From: a virus
Taxonomy: Duplodnaviria; Caudoviricetes
DNA: 53,722 nucleotides
IMG/VR virus record: IMGVR_UViG_3300021411_000125
Coordinates: 1 to 53,722 of that record
Strand: one strand, 5' to 3'
Shown: positions 19,675 through 29,668 of the stretch, piece by piece
How positions within the stretch are numbered: position 1 is the stretch's first letter
How the letters are laid out: the number at the start of each line of letters is the position of its first letter
Translations under genes and position numbers: made by a program
The notes under the pieces: model-generated
What the model was told of the DNA's origin: nothing
Database searches by the model: none
What the model saw: only the letters and a program-made list of their open reading frames with translations

Positions 19675-22188
19675 GTGGCGCTCAGGCTGTACCTCACAAA
19701 CGACACCTCGCCGTATACCCCGCCGAACATCCGGGGGACTTGGACCGATGCCGCGCTGACGGGTGCTAACTACCTGTCCCGCCACAAGACCGGTGTCAGT
19801 ACCACAGCGGTCAAGGCGGAGACCTCGAGTTCGGCCGCCTGGGCGGTGTTGCTGCGGCGATTCATCTCTGATCCGGTAAACAACCCGGGAACACTGCAAG
19901 GTGCCTTTACGGTGGTCGCCGGTTGGCTGGAAGCTAACGCCGCCGCGAACATGGTGACCCGGATCCACATGTACGTCACCGCTGGAAACACCGCCACGGT
20001 GCGCGGGACGCTGACTGCCCTGGCACTGGACGGCACCACCGAATTCCCGGTCATCGGCTTCGGCACCGGCGCTTGCGGAGTTAAGCTGACCGGCACCGCC
20101 AGCTCGGTCGCGGTCTTGGTTGGTGACCGGATCGTCATCGAGATCGGTTACAAGGCCGCCAACACCGTGACGACCAGCTACGCCGGCACGCTGTACTACG
20201 GCGGTGTGGCGTCCGATTTGGTCGACAACGACCTCAACGTGGCCACTCGGCCAGGATGGGTCGAGTTCGCGCACACCTCGTTCCACGATGCCTTCGACAT
20301 CCCGTTCCGTTCCGGTACCACTACCACGACTGTCGGCGTCACCCAGCAGGCATGGGATCCAAGCAAGGTTAAGACCGTCACCACGACCACGACGCTGCAC
20401 GCCGGTGTGTCGACCCCCGCCGCGTACAAGGTCGCCAAGACGATCACCGGCTCGATCCGTCCGCCTGGCCGCCCACCGATCGGCGTCCCGGAGACCGGCT
20501 CGTTCACTACCGGGACTTCGAACCGTGTTGGCGGCACCGTGGTTCATGCGCCGAAGCCGACCATGCCCGGCTCAGCGGTTCGTGTGGCCTCGACGACGGC
20601 GGAGTCCATCACTGACCGAACCACGCTCAAGGGCGTGCCGTACGCGTACATTCAGGGCGAGTACCACGATGTCAGCCCGCCTAACGCTGACCTGTTGACT
20701 CAGTCGCGGCCACCGAACCCGCAGAAGCCGGTGCGCTTCATTGCCCAAGACATCAGGACGCACCGCTTCTTGACCTACGAACTGCCGTTGGTCGACGTTG
20801 AGATCACTTGGCAGCTCTCTGGCCCGAGCATGCTCACCGCGAAATTGCACCCGGAGTCGCCGACGCTTCAGGAGCTGGGCATCACCGCCTGGGCTACCTG
20901 GATCCACGTCGACCAAGACGGTCAACTGCTAGCCAGCTTCATCCTGCAACCAGCCCGCATCGACGGTGAGAACTACAGCGTTGAGGGCATGGGGTTCAGC
21001 GGCTACGCCCAGGGAGTCCCGTTCTACGGTTGGGACGACTACGTAGCCACCGACGCGTGCGACGTCATGCGACGGATTTGGAATCACCTTGAGTCCTACC
21101 CTGATGCGCGCTTGGGGGTGCAGCTGACCAACACTATGAGCAACCTGCTTCTTGGGATTCCGGCCACGCAGAAGCTCACCGATGATGGCTTCCTGGTCTG
21201 GGATGAACAAAACCAGATCGAGGAAAAGCCACCGACCAAGACGCTGCCCGAAGGTACCGACATCGCCATCACCGGGCATCAATTCGACTTCAACCCGGCG
21301 ACCGCGCCGTTCGCCCCGGAGTTCCCTGACTTGATGGTCACCTATAACGACGGTGCCATCTACCGCTTCCACCCAGAAATGGTCGATGCCGTTCCGTACA
21401 CACTCGCGTGGTTCAACGACACGGACTGCGGCCAGGAATTCGACAACCTAGCCCGGACCGCGAAGGTGGAGTACCGCGAGGTCACGTTCTGGGATCTAGA
21501 TCCGACCCACGACATTTCGGTCATTCCGAAGCCACGCCGTAGTCTGGAGATGGCTTTCCCGCGTCTGGGTCGCAAGCGTTACGAGCTGAGAGTCGCGCAA
21601 GACGAGAACCTGCTCGCCGCGATTCCTCTCGAGGAGTCCACTGGTGCGGCCGGCTACGCCTCACAGATTCTGGCGCGTGGTGCTGGGGAAGGCCGCCAAG
21701 CATTGCGCGGCTACTACGGCGTCGCCGACCCCAAGCGGATCCGCCGTGTCGCCATCGTCAAGGACGCCACTCTGTTTACTCAGGCCGCGATGACGTCACT
21801 GGCTACCGATGAACTCGCGCGACGACTGGCTGCCATCACCATCGGCACCGTCGTGCTCAAGGACTGGCACCCCAACGCGCCGCTCGGCAGCTTCATGGTC
21901 GGCGACGAGTTCCTGATCACTGGCTTCGTGCCCTGGGCAGGGTTCGTGGAATTCTGGCACCGGATCATCGCCTACACCTGGGCACCGGAGAAGAACACGA
22001 TCACCTGCACGACGCGTCGCTCTGAGCAGTTTGGTTACGGAAAACCGATCCCTGACCCGCAGCCAGTCCCGCAGGTTCCGGCGTTTACATGGGCGGAGAT
22101 CGACGATGATCAGGCCACGATCCCCGATCTGAACAAGACCGTCGACCCGTTCCAGCCGACGGTCCCGCCGCATGAATCGACCGGCTGA
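19675..22188 (+). CDS. Minor tail protein (baseplate hub-like C-terminal half, beta-rich N-terminal extension)
   Basis: 837 aa; C-terminal half has LSGP, D.CD..R.IW, LGR.R, G.GEG, HPNAP.GS..VGD patterns. Confidence 0.75.
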   Translation: MALRLYLTNDTSPYTPPNIRGTWTDAALTGANYLSRHKTGVSTTAVKAETSSSAAWAVLLRRFISDPVNNPGTLQGAFTVVAGWLEANAAANMVTRIHMYVTAGNTATVRGTLTALALDGTTEFPVIGFGTGACGVKLTGTASSVAVLVGDRIVIEIGYKAANTVTTSYAGTLYYGGVASDLVDNDLNVATRPGWVEFAHTSFHDAFDIPFRSGTTTTTVGVTQQAWDPSKVKTVTTTTTLHAGVSTPAAYKVAKTITGSIRPPGRPPIGVPETGSFTTGTSNRVGGTVVHAPKPTMPGSAVRVASTTAESITDRTTLKGVPYAYIQGEYHDVSPPNADLLTQSRPPNPQKPVRFIAQDIRTHRFLTYELPLVDVEITWQLSGPSMLTAKLHPESPTLQELGITAWATWIHVDQDGQLLASFILQPARIDGENYSVEGMGFSGYAQGVPFYGWDDYVATDACDVMRRIWNHLESYPDARLGVQLTNTMSNLLLGIPATQKLTDDGFLVWDEQNQIEEKPPTKTLPEGTDIAITGHQFDFNPATAPFAPEFPDLMVTYNDGAIYRFHPEMVDAVPYTLAWFNDTDCGQEFDNLARTAKVEYREVTFWDLDPTHDISVIPKPRRSLEMAFPRLGRKRYELRVAQDENLLAAIPLEESTGAAGYASQILARGAGEGRQALRGYYGVADPKRIRRVAIVKDATLFTQAAMTSLATDELARRLAAITIGTVVLKDWHPNAPLGSFMVGDEFLITGFVPWAGFVEFWHRIIAYTWAPEKNTITCTTRRSEQFGYGKPIPDPQPVPQVPAFTWAEIDDDQATIPDLNKTVDPFQPTVPPHESTG

Positions 22189-22200
22189 GGAGTCTGACAC

Positions 22201-23907
22201 ATGACGCAGCCGGTAGCGGGGTCTGACGAGCGCGCGATTGCCGCTATGGGCAATCAGATCGCCGAGCAGCAGCGTCAGATCGACTTGATCAACATGGGGC
22301 AGAACCAAAGCTCCCTGGGATTTAGCTCGATCGAGAATGGCTCGTTGGTGATCTACGATGCCGACGGAAACGTGCGGAACGTGATCGGCAAGCAGGACGA
22401 CGGCTCCTACGTTGGTGGCGCTAGCCCGATCGCGCTCGACCCGCCGGAGATCCCGAACCCGCCGACGGTCACGCCGGGCTTCGGCACGCTGAAGGTAGCC
22501 AGCAACGGCAGCACCGACCCACCGTGGCCGCGATCATTCTCGCACGTCAACGTGTACCTGAGTTCGGGTACCGGTATCGGAGACGACCCGATCACCGAAG
22601 GCATCATCGTCGGCACGATCATCGGCACCACGGACTCGGCCTTCGTCATCGCCGGACTACTGCCGAAGCCGTACCGGGTCTGGCTGACCAGCGTCGGAAT
22701 CGATACCGCCGAGTCAGAAGCTTCCGTAGCCGTGACAGCTACCCCCACGATGGTTGTCGGTCAGGACATCCTCGACGGGGCAATTTCTGAGCTCAAGTTA
22801 GCTGACGACGCGGTGACCGCCGCAAAGCTTGCCGCCAGCTCGGTCGGGACTATTCAGATCCAGGGCGAGTCGATCGACGTCACAAAGCTGGCCGACGGTT
22901 CTGTGACTGGTGAGAAGATCGTCGCCGAAGCCATCGGGGTCGGGCACCTCGCGGCTGCTTCGGTCACCGCCGTGGCGCTCGCGGCCAACGCGGTACAGGC
23001 CAACAACATCGCGGCCGATCAGATCCAAGCGCATCACATGGCGGTTGGGTCGGTCACCGCCGAAGCGATCCTGGCGTTGAGCATCCAGGCCGACAAGCTG
23101 GCCGCTAACTCGATCACAGCGGGAAAGATCGCGGCCGGCGCCATCACCGCTGACAAGCTGCAAGCCGACATCATCATCGCCAACGCCACCTTCGAGACCG
23201 GCTCGAGTGGCCGGCGAGTAGTGATCTCGGGTCCAGGCAACGAGGTGCGGTTCTTCCCGCAGCTCAACGAGAACGCCTACGGGCGCATCTACTCCTACGT
23301 CAGCGACACCTACCCCGATGACGTCAACATTGAGTTCCGGGCGATCGATTCCGATGAGGTGAACGTTCAGCCACGCCTCGTGTTGACCCCCGACACGATC
23401 TTCGCGGGTCTTACCGACAGAGGCGACGACACCCTCAATCGCGGTGGCTACATGCAGATGGAAGAGTCGCTCGCAGCCTTCGGCACCAAGAACGCCACTG
23501 GCGGCGTTGAGCAGGGCATCTTCTGTGCCGCTGACGACGGCATAAAGATGCGAGGGTTCTTCCCCAACCACAAGGAAGATCCCACCGACGCACTGTTCGT
23601 AGCCGGCTACACGTTCACCAACACGTCTTCTACCGGCTACTGGACTAACCTCGGATTAGGCATGCGGCAAGCGCTGATTCGTCCTTTTATCACATTAGTG
23701 GTTACCGGTATTGATCAGGCGGACAGCGCTTCCAACAACTTGTTGTCAGTCCGGAATTATATATCAATGACTACGCCGTCAGCTATACGTTCCACTTTCG
23801 GACACACTACGGCAACATCGCTCCAACCGAATAAGGTGTGTTCCATGACCTGGATGGTAATTTCCGTCGGAATTGCGCTTTCCGATGCCGCGCCGGGAAC
23901 TTCGTGA
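22201..23907 (+). CDS. Tail tip/fibre protein
   Basis: N-terminal coiled coil, FN3-like segment, serial (A/S)xxITAxKL/I decamer repeats, divergent C-terminus. Confidence 0.75.
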   Translation: MTQPVAGSDERAIAAMGNQIAEQQRQIDLINMGQNQSSLGFSSIENGSLVIYDADGNVRNVIGKQDDGSYVGGASPIALDPPEIPNPPTVTPGFGTLKVASNGSTDPPWPRSFSHVNVYLSSGTGIGDDPITEGIIVGTIIGTTDSAFVIAGLLPKPYRVWLTSVGIDTAESEASVAVTATPTMVVGQDILDGAISELKLADDAVTAAKLAASSVGTIQIQGESIDVTKLADGSVTGEKIVAEAIGVGHLAAASVTAVALAANAVQANNIAADQIQAHHMAVGSVTAEAILALSIQADKLAANSITAGKIAAGAITADKLQADIIIANATFETGSSGRRVVISGPGNEVRFFPQLNENAYGRIYSYVSDTYPDDVNIEFRAIDSDEVNVQPRLVLTPDTIFAGLTDRGDDTLNRGGYMQMEESLAAFGTKNATGGVEQGIFCAADDGIKMRGFFPNHKEDPTDALFVAGYTFTNTSSTGYWTNLGLGMRQALIRPFITLVVTGIDQADSASNNLLSVRNYISMTTPSAIRSTFGHTTATSLQPNKVCSMTWMVISVGIALSDAAPGTS

Positions 23908-24644
23908 TGGCCGACGACATCTTCATTCACCATGCCGAGATGTCTCTCGTGGGCGGGGAGCCGCATTACGTAGTCGCGGTCCAGGAGGGGGAACTCTACG
24001 GTGATGATATTCCGGAGGGCGCGGTTGCACTTACTTGCCACCTGTTACCGGCCGATATCTTCGAGTCTCGCGCCGCCGAGTACGGCATCGATCCCGAGAC
24101 CCCCGGCGGCTGGGATGACATCCTCCACATAGTGTTCGCGCCGGTCCAGGACTCCCGGACGATCTCGGAGCAACTGGCGGACCCGGACCACCTCTACAAC
24201 GCACCGACCACCGAGCATGCCCGCAAGGCGAAGCTACTTCAGGTTCGCAAGGCGATGGGTGCCCGGAAGCTGCGTGGCGTACTGGGGGTCAGTGAACATC
24301 GACTGTTGATCAACGAGGCTACTCGGATCGAAGAGTCCGACGCCGAAGATCCGATCGAGTTCATCAAGCGCACGGCCCCGATGAGCCACGAACACATCAG
24401 GGTTAAGCAGGAGTACGTCCGACGGACCAGGATCACCTCCAAAGCACGTCGCCTCGGACTAGACCCCAACCGCGCCTACACGCCGGAAGAGTTGGAACAG
24501 CACGAGAAGCGTCGGGCGATGAAGAAGGAGCCGCAGCGCGAGTCAGCTGACAAGTTGGCGATCAGGCTGCTTGGAGCACCGATGGACGACGTTCGTGGCG
24601 ACCGGCTGCCGCCTCGGTTCGGCTCACCGTCCAAGTACCTGTGA
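23907..24644 (+). CDS. Hypothetical protein
   Basis: ATG 23907 via TGATG overlap; typical codon usage; RAAEYGID motif. Confidence 0.7.
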   Translation: MADDIFIHHAEMSLVGGEPHYVVAVQEGELYGDDIPEGAVALTCHLLPADIFESRAAEYGIDPETPGGWDDILHIVFAPVQDSRTISEQLADPDHLYNAPTTEHARKAKLLQVRKAMGARKLRGVLGVSEHRLLINEATRIEESDAEDPIEFIKRTAPMSHEHIRVKQEYVRRTRITSKARRLGLDPNRAYTPEELEQHEKRRAMKKEPQRESADKLAIRLLGAPMDDVRGDRLPPRFGSPSKYL

Positions 24645-24749
24645 AACACCGCTTCTGCCAGCCACCCACTGTAAAATGATGTTGGTCTCGCCCGCCGCGC
24701 CCGGTGTCGATTTCAGTTGGTGCCGTGGCATTGGTAGAGGGGGTGAGGT

Positions 24750-25007
24750 GTGCTCTCGAAGTCTGTCCTCAACGCGATCGCCTTGGTCATCACTGGCGTG
24801 TGGACCCTCTCGTTCCTGGCCCAATTCGTCCCCGCCTTCGACTACAAGCCTGACCCCCAGATCAACCTGATCTTCGGAACGCTCGTCGGTGGAGCCTTCG
24901 CCCTGCCGAAGCTGTTGGGCTCACGAAAAAGGGACGACGAGGACGACGGCGGCCGGCACCGGAAGCCGCCGGAGCCGGTTGAGGCCGAGAGCGGTGGTAG
25001 GTCATGA
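24750..25007 (+). CDS. Two-TM membrane protein (holin-like)
   Basis: Two hydrophobic segments and a charged C-terminal tail. Confidence 0.65.
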   Translation: MLSKSVLNAIALVITGVWTLSFLAQFVPAFDYKPDPQINLIFGTLVGGAFALPKLLGSRKRDDEDDGGRHRKPPEPVEAESGGRS

Positions 25008-25348
25008 ACGTACACCGGAGGCGCTGGTACTGGCCCGCGTTCGAGATCCGCCGCACCGTTCTAGGTATCGTCGTGATCGGTTTGATGGGATACTCCTTCT
25101 GGCAGTCGCATGAGGTCACGGCGTGCCAGAAAAACTTCAACGTCACGTTCAATCAGGGTCTCAAGGAGCGCAGCGACGCCGCCAGCACCGAGCGCCAGGC
25201 CCAGCGGGAGATGCTCGACGCGATACTCGATCCGGCCGGCACTGTCGCGTCACGGTCGGCGGCTCTAGTCGCCTGGCGAACGGCTCTGGACGAAGCGGAC
25301 CGCAAGCGCGACGCCAACCCCCTGCCAGAGGATCCACAATGCGACTGA
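25004..25348 (+). CDS. Single-TM membrane protein
   Basis: N-terminal TM, helical ectodomain ending NPLP...C; ATGA overlap. Confidence 0.7.
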   Translation: MNVHRRRWYWPAFEIRRTVLGIVVIGLMGYSFWQSHEVTACQKNFNVTFNQGLKERSDAASTERQAQREMLDAILDPAGTVASRSAALVAWRTALDEADRKRDANPLPEDPQCD

Positions 25349-26139
25349 AGATCAAAGGACACCTTCAGCGTCTCGGCAGCTCCGTACCGCCTGCGGCGAC
25401 CATCGGTATTTCGATCATCGTCGCTACCATCATCTTGAGTACCACCGCCGCTCAGTCTGACTCGAAGGCCGACGTCGCCACGGCCAAAGCGGTCAGCATC
25501 TCTACTTCGCTGAGTCAGCTGTGCCACGCCGGTAACGACCTCGCCGCTCTGTTGCAGTCCGCGCGTACGGTCGATGGGTTGCCACTGTGCCCCACGGCCG
25601 AGGCTATCAAGATCAACCCAACGGCCGCGCCGGTGCAGCTGGTTAGTGACGACCACATCGTTTCGTTGATCCGCGCTGAGCTCGCTCGGACCCCCGTTAC
25701 GGGATCTACCGCTCCGACGTTATCGCAGGTCATCGACGCAGTGCGCGCCGTCATGAAAGAGAATCCCGTACTCTTCAAGGGTGAAAAGGGTGACCCGGGC
25801 GACGAGGCGTCAACCTCGGAAATCGCTCAGGTCGTCGCGTCGTACTTTCGGGCCAACGCGGAACAGTTCCGGGGTCCGGCGGGGAAGGACGGTAGGGATG
25901 GCAAGGACGGCGTAGCGGGTAAGGATGGAGTGAACGGCTCCAACGGATCGAATGGTTCGAACGGTACTTACGAACCGCAGCCAACCGTGACGCAGACCGT
26001 TACCCCCGATCCCGTACCCGACCAAGGCGATAGTGACACCACACCCCCAACTGTTACCCAAACCGAGACCCAGCAGAACACCGAGAACTCCACGCGACAA
26101 CGTCAGCGCGGCGGCCTTGGTGGCTTACTGGGGAACTGA
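25339..26139 (+). CDS. Membrane-anchored collagen-like protein
   Basis: ATG 25339; TM, Cys pair, G-X-Y repeats (GPAGKDGRDGKDG), Pro/Thr-rich tail. Confidence 0.75.
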   Translation: MRLKIKGHLQRLGSSVPPAATIGISIIVATIILSTTAAQSDSKADVATAKAVSISTSLSQLCHAGNDLAALLQSARTVDGLPLCPTAEAIKINPTAAPVQLVSDDHIVSLIRAELARTPVTGSTAPTLSQVIDAVRAVMKENPVLFKGEKGDPGDEASTSEIAQVVASYFRANAEQFRGPAGKDGRDGKDGVAGKDGVNGSNGSNGSNGTYEPQPTVTQTVTPDPVPDQGDSDTTPPTVTQTETQQNTENSTRQRQRGGLGGLLGN

Positions 26140-26167
26140 ATCCCCGCCCACTGAGAGGTTGAACCCA

Positions 26168-27022
26168 ATGTTCCGCACCTTCCTGGTCGCGGTGCTGTCG
26201 GTCCTGGCGCTGAGCAGCGTCGGGGTCGGCGTCGCCGTTGCCGCAACTCCTCTACCCGCTGTGGCGGACTGTGTTCAGGTCCTTAACAGCGACGCCAAGT
26301 GTGATACCAACACGTCCGCGAAGATCGACGCCAACAAGTTCGCCGCTACCACCGAGGCCGAGTGCAACGCCCGACACGGTGACTGGCACTGGGTGAACGG
26401 CAGCTGCATCCTGGACCGTCACAACGGTGGTAATCACTCTGACTGCATCGGCGACCAGGCGCCCGGTATCCCCGGTTGCCAGCGCGGCGGCCCGGTCTAC
26501 CACGGCCCGATCTACAGCGACTGCAACGACGCGCGCACCCACGGCTACCGTGACATTCGCCGGGGTGACTCCCGCTACAACGACAGCTGGGACCGCAACC
26601 GCGACGGCATCGCCTGTGACGACGGTGACCTGGTCATCGTCAGCGACGACGGCGACTGCGTGACCTACGCGACCGCGCGCGACTCCATCCGCAACTACGG
26701 GCTGGCCTACAACCGGTACCGCACCCAGTACCACGGCGACTGGAACCGGTTGAACACCCACGATCGCAGCGACCTGAGCCGGCTCTACTCGCTCAACCAC
26801 CGCTACGTCTCCGAGGGTTGGAACTCATCGCGGCTGTCGAACCTGCGGACCGTCTGCAAGGACACCAGCCCGACGGTGACCATCGTGAACGAGGCGCCGC
26901 CGGCGACCATCATCAACCAGGCGCCGGCCGCGACGTACACCGCGCCGGCTCCGCAGGTCTCCACGGTTCCTTCGGGCGCCGCTGAGACCGGTGGATTCGA
27001 TGAGGCGCACTCCGCCGGCTGA
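26168..27022 (+). CDS. Secreted excalibur Ca-binding domain protein, candidate sortase substrate
   Basis: ATG 26168; signal peptide; YSDCNDAR..G...IRRGDSRY...WDRNRDGIACD excalibur motif; C-terminal QVSTVPSGAAETGG. Confidence 0.82.
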   Translation: MFRTFLVAVLSVLALSSVGVGVAVAATPLPAVADCVQVLNSDAKCDTNTSAKIDANKFAATTEAECNARHGDWHWVNGSCILDRHNGGNHSDCIGDQAPGIPGCQRGGPVYHGPIYSDCNDARTHGYRDIRRGDSRYNDSWDRNRDGIACDDGDLVIVSDDGDCVTYATARDSIRNYGLAYNRYRTQYHGDWNRLNTHDRSDLSRLYSLNHRYVSEGWNSSRLSNLRTVCKDTSPTVTIVNEAPPATIINQAPAATYTAPAPQVSTVPSGAAETGGFDEAHSAG

Positions 27023-27699
27023 TGTTCCGCATCCCGCTGGTCATCCTGTCCCTCGGCCTCGCGCTCGCTGGCTGTGGCATCGCTCCTGAAGCGGCCATAT
27101 CAGCGACCGAGGGACAGGACCAGCCTTACCTCAGCCAAGCGCCACCCAGTGTTGCCGCACAGCCGGTAGCGATCCAGATCCCGTCCATCGGCATCGACTC
27201 GACCCGATCGACCTGGATCCCCCTCGGCATCCAGGGCCGCAACGGCATCAAGGTCACCCCTCCCGGCAAGTCCGGCGAGATCGAAGTGCCGCCGCTGGAC
27301 GACCCGCTCAAGCTCGGCTGGTACTGCCCCGACGGTCTACCCAACTGTGGCGCGCCGGTACCCGGGCAGGACGGCCCGCTTGTCGTCGTCGGCCACATCA
27401 ACGGCAACGGCAAGCCGGGAATCTTCGCCAAGCTGAAACAGCTCAAAGTAGGCGACAAAATCTTCATTCGTCGCAAGGACGACCGCGCCGCTGCTTACCA
27501 CGTTACGAAGGTCTCGGAACCACTGAAGAGTGACTTCCCAACCGAGCAGGTCTACGGCGATACCCCAACGCCTACCCTGAGGTTGATCACCTGCGGAGGT
27601 GGCGGCAACGCTCTCGAGCGTATCCCCGGCGCCGGCTCCAGTTACAAGAACCAGACGATCGTCTTCGCTGAACAAGACACCCTGAGCAAGACCCCCTGA
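27022..27699 (+). CDS. Class F sortase (lipoprotein signal)
   Basis: Lipobox LAGC; IPSIGI, GWY, PG..G..VVVGH (His), F..L..L..GD, LRLITCGG (Cys). Confidence 0.9.
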   Translation: MFRIPLVILSLGLALAGCGIAPEAAISATEGQDQPYLSQAPPSVAAQPVAIQIPSIGIDSTRSTWIPLGIQGRNGIKVTPPGKSGEIEVPPLDDPLKLGWYCPDGLPNCGAPVPGQDGPLVVVGHINGNGKPGIFAKLKQLKVGDKIFIRRKDDRAAAYHVTKVSEPLKSDFPTEQVYGDTPTPTLRLITCGGGGNALERIPGAGSSYKNQTIVFAEQDTLSKTP

Positions 27700-27713
27700 C
27701 CAGGAGGCGCGGC

Positions 27714-28154
27714 GTGGAAGCGTGCTGCTTCAAGCACTGGGTCAAGCGGGCCCTCAAAAGCATCCGATCCGACGCCGCAGCGGAGCGCGCCGAGGCCCGG
27801 GTGAGACACCAAGAAGTCATGACCAAGCTGAGCCAGATCACTGAGAGGTTGGACATCATGGCAGCACGTGAGGAAGCGGCGTGGGAGAAGCATGCCGCCG
27901 ACGTGGCAGCGGTGAAGGCGGGCTGGGACACCCTGGTTGCCAGCAACGCCGCCAAGGACCAGCGGATCGCTGACCTCGAAGCCGCGCTCGAAGCGGCCGG
28001 TGGCGACGTACAGGCGCAGATTGACGCCGCGCTGGAAGTCGACAGCGAGGGCGACGCGGTGAAGGTCGAGTCCGCCAACGCCGCCCTGGAGAGTCTGCTG
28101 GCTCCGCCGGTGGAGCCGGGCAACGGCGGAGACAACATTCCTCCGCTGGGCTGA
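27714..28154 (+). CDS. Coiled-coil hypothetical protein (start uncertain)
   Basis: AGGAGG RBS; Ala/Glu-rich helical ORF. Confidence 0.65.
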   Translation: MEACCFKHWVKRALKSIRSDAAAERAEARVRHQEVMTKLSQITERLDIMAAREEAAWEKHAADVAAVKAGWDTLVASNAAKDQRIADLEAALEAAGGDVQAQIDAALEVDSEGDAVKVESANAALESLLAPPVEPGNGGDNIPPLG

Positions 28155-28163
28155 GTAGACCCG

Positions 28164-29231
28164 ATGCCTCGGCGTATGTTCCCGCGACGGAACGCCGAGG
28201 CATCGGCTCAGCCGGCGATGACTCTGCTACCGGCGCAAACACCGATCTTCGATGAGATGATCGAGGGTGTGAAGGTCACCGCTGAAGACGTTCCGTTCGG
28301 ACTCAACGCTGACCTGATGCCGGCTGAGGAGCAGCACAACCACGGCGAGCACGGTTTCTACGCCACGCTCACCGACGCGACTGGCCGCAGCATGATCAAG
28401 TCGCCGAACTACTCGAGCCGTGGCGGCAAGACGGTTCGACTCCTGATTGTGCACACCGCCGAGGGCGCCCGGACCGTTGAGTCACTCGGCTCGTGGTTCT
28501 CTTCTCCGTCGCGGCAGGTCTCTTCGCACGCCGGCATCGACGACAAGCGAATTGAGACCTACGTCCCGTACGACCAGGCCGCCTGGACCTGCCGCGCCGC
28601 CAACTCGATCTCAGACAACGTCGAGTTGTGCGGCTTCGCGGCCTGGACGCGCGAGCAGTGGCTGAACGACCACCCGCAGATGCTCGCACTGACCGCCCAG
28701 TGGCTCCGTGAGCGCGCGGTCGCTCGAGGCATCCCGTTGCGCAAGCTGACCCCCGAGCAGGTCGCGGCTGGGCAGTCAGGCGTCTGCGCGCACGTGGACT
28801 GGACGATCGGTATGAAGGACGGCACGCATACCGACTGCGGCACCGAATTCCCGTGGGACCACGTGATGAGCCTGGCCACCGCTTCCGCCCCCGCGCCCGT
28901 AGAGGAACCCTCGATGGCCGTCGAACGCTACGAGTTGCCAGCCGGCGACAACATGGAAGAGACGTTGATCGTGCCGGTGTTCAACGCCACCGACCGCGCC
29001 GAGCTCTGGATGGTCACTGGTTGGCAGGACGCGATCGTGCACGCGATGTACTTCGTCCGTGACCGGGGACCGGACCTTGATCCGAAGGTAGAGAACTGGG
29101 GCGGCACCGGTGAATGGACGTTGGTACGCGACGACCGACCCGGCTTCGACCTCGGCCAGGGCTGCACGTCGATCGCTGTCATGTACTCCTCTCCCCGCCC
29201 AATACATTGCTTGATCAGGTACCCGTCATGA
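28164..29231 (+). CDS. Endolysin, N-acetylmuramoyl-L-alanine amidase (Amidase_2-like)
   Basis: LIVHTAEG, VSSH, AW....N..S..VELCG, H.D and HTDCG..FPW zinc-amidase motifs; upstream of the holin. Confidence 0.9.
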   Translation: MPRRMFPRRNAEASAQPAMTLLPAQTPIFDEMIEGVKVTAEDVPFGLNADLMPAEEQHNHGEHGFYATLTDATGRSMIKSPNYSSRGGKTVRLLIVHTAEGARTVESLGSWFSSPSRQVSSHAGIDDKRIETYVPYDQAAWTCRAANSISDNVELCGFAAWTREQWLNDHPQMLALTAQWLRERAVARGIPLRKLTPEQVAAGQSGVCAHVDWTIGMKDGTHTDCGTEFPWDHVMSLATASAPAPVEEPSMAVERYELPAGDNMEETLIVPVFNATDRAELWMVTGWQDAIVHAMYFVRDRGPDLDPKVENWGGTGEWTLVRDDRPGFDLGQGCTSIAVMYSSPRPIHCLIRYPS

Positions 29232-29299
29232 GCGCACGTCACGCGAAGCCAGAGCCGGCCGCCGAGCCGGATGAGCAACACCTCACAACTGGAGACACC

Positions 29300-29668
29300 A
29301 TGAAGATCTTCGGTAGGGAACCCGCACTCTGGCTGGCCGCGATCGCCGCCGTCGTGTCGCTGGGCTCGCAGTTCATCTGGCACCTTTCCGACACCCAACA
29401 GTCGGTTATCAACGCGGTGGCGCTGGCGCTGGTCGGCCTGCTCACCACCGCTTCGGTCGATCAGGAGAAGCTCGCGCCCGCGATCCTCGGCCTGATCTCG
29501 GCGCTGGTCGCGCTCGGCATGGGCTTCGGCTGGCATCTCGACCCAACGGATCAGTCAGTGATCATGTCTGCCGCCGCCGGCATCGTGGCGATGTTCGTTC
29601 GCACCCAGGTCACGGTCGACGCTCCGGCTCACTACGCGGACGACGAGACGGCAGAAGCAGCTGCATGA
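29300..29668 (+). CDS. Holin (4 TM); alternative upstream ATG at 29228
   Basis: GGAG RBS; MKIFGREPA...RTQVT pattern; four hydrophobic helices; follows the lysin. Confidence 0.8.
   Translation: MKIFGREPALWLAAIAAVVSLGSQFIWHLSDTQQSVINAVALALVGLLTTASVDQEKLAPAILGLISALVALGMGFGWHLDPTDQSVIMSAAAGIVAMFVRTQVTVDAPAHYADDETAEAAA

Noticed and set aside
23620-23907. Diversity-generating retroelement target
   Set aside because: No reverse transcriptase or template repeat was found in the window; kept only as a compositional anomaly.
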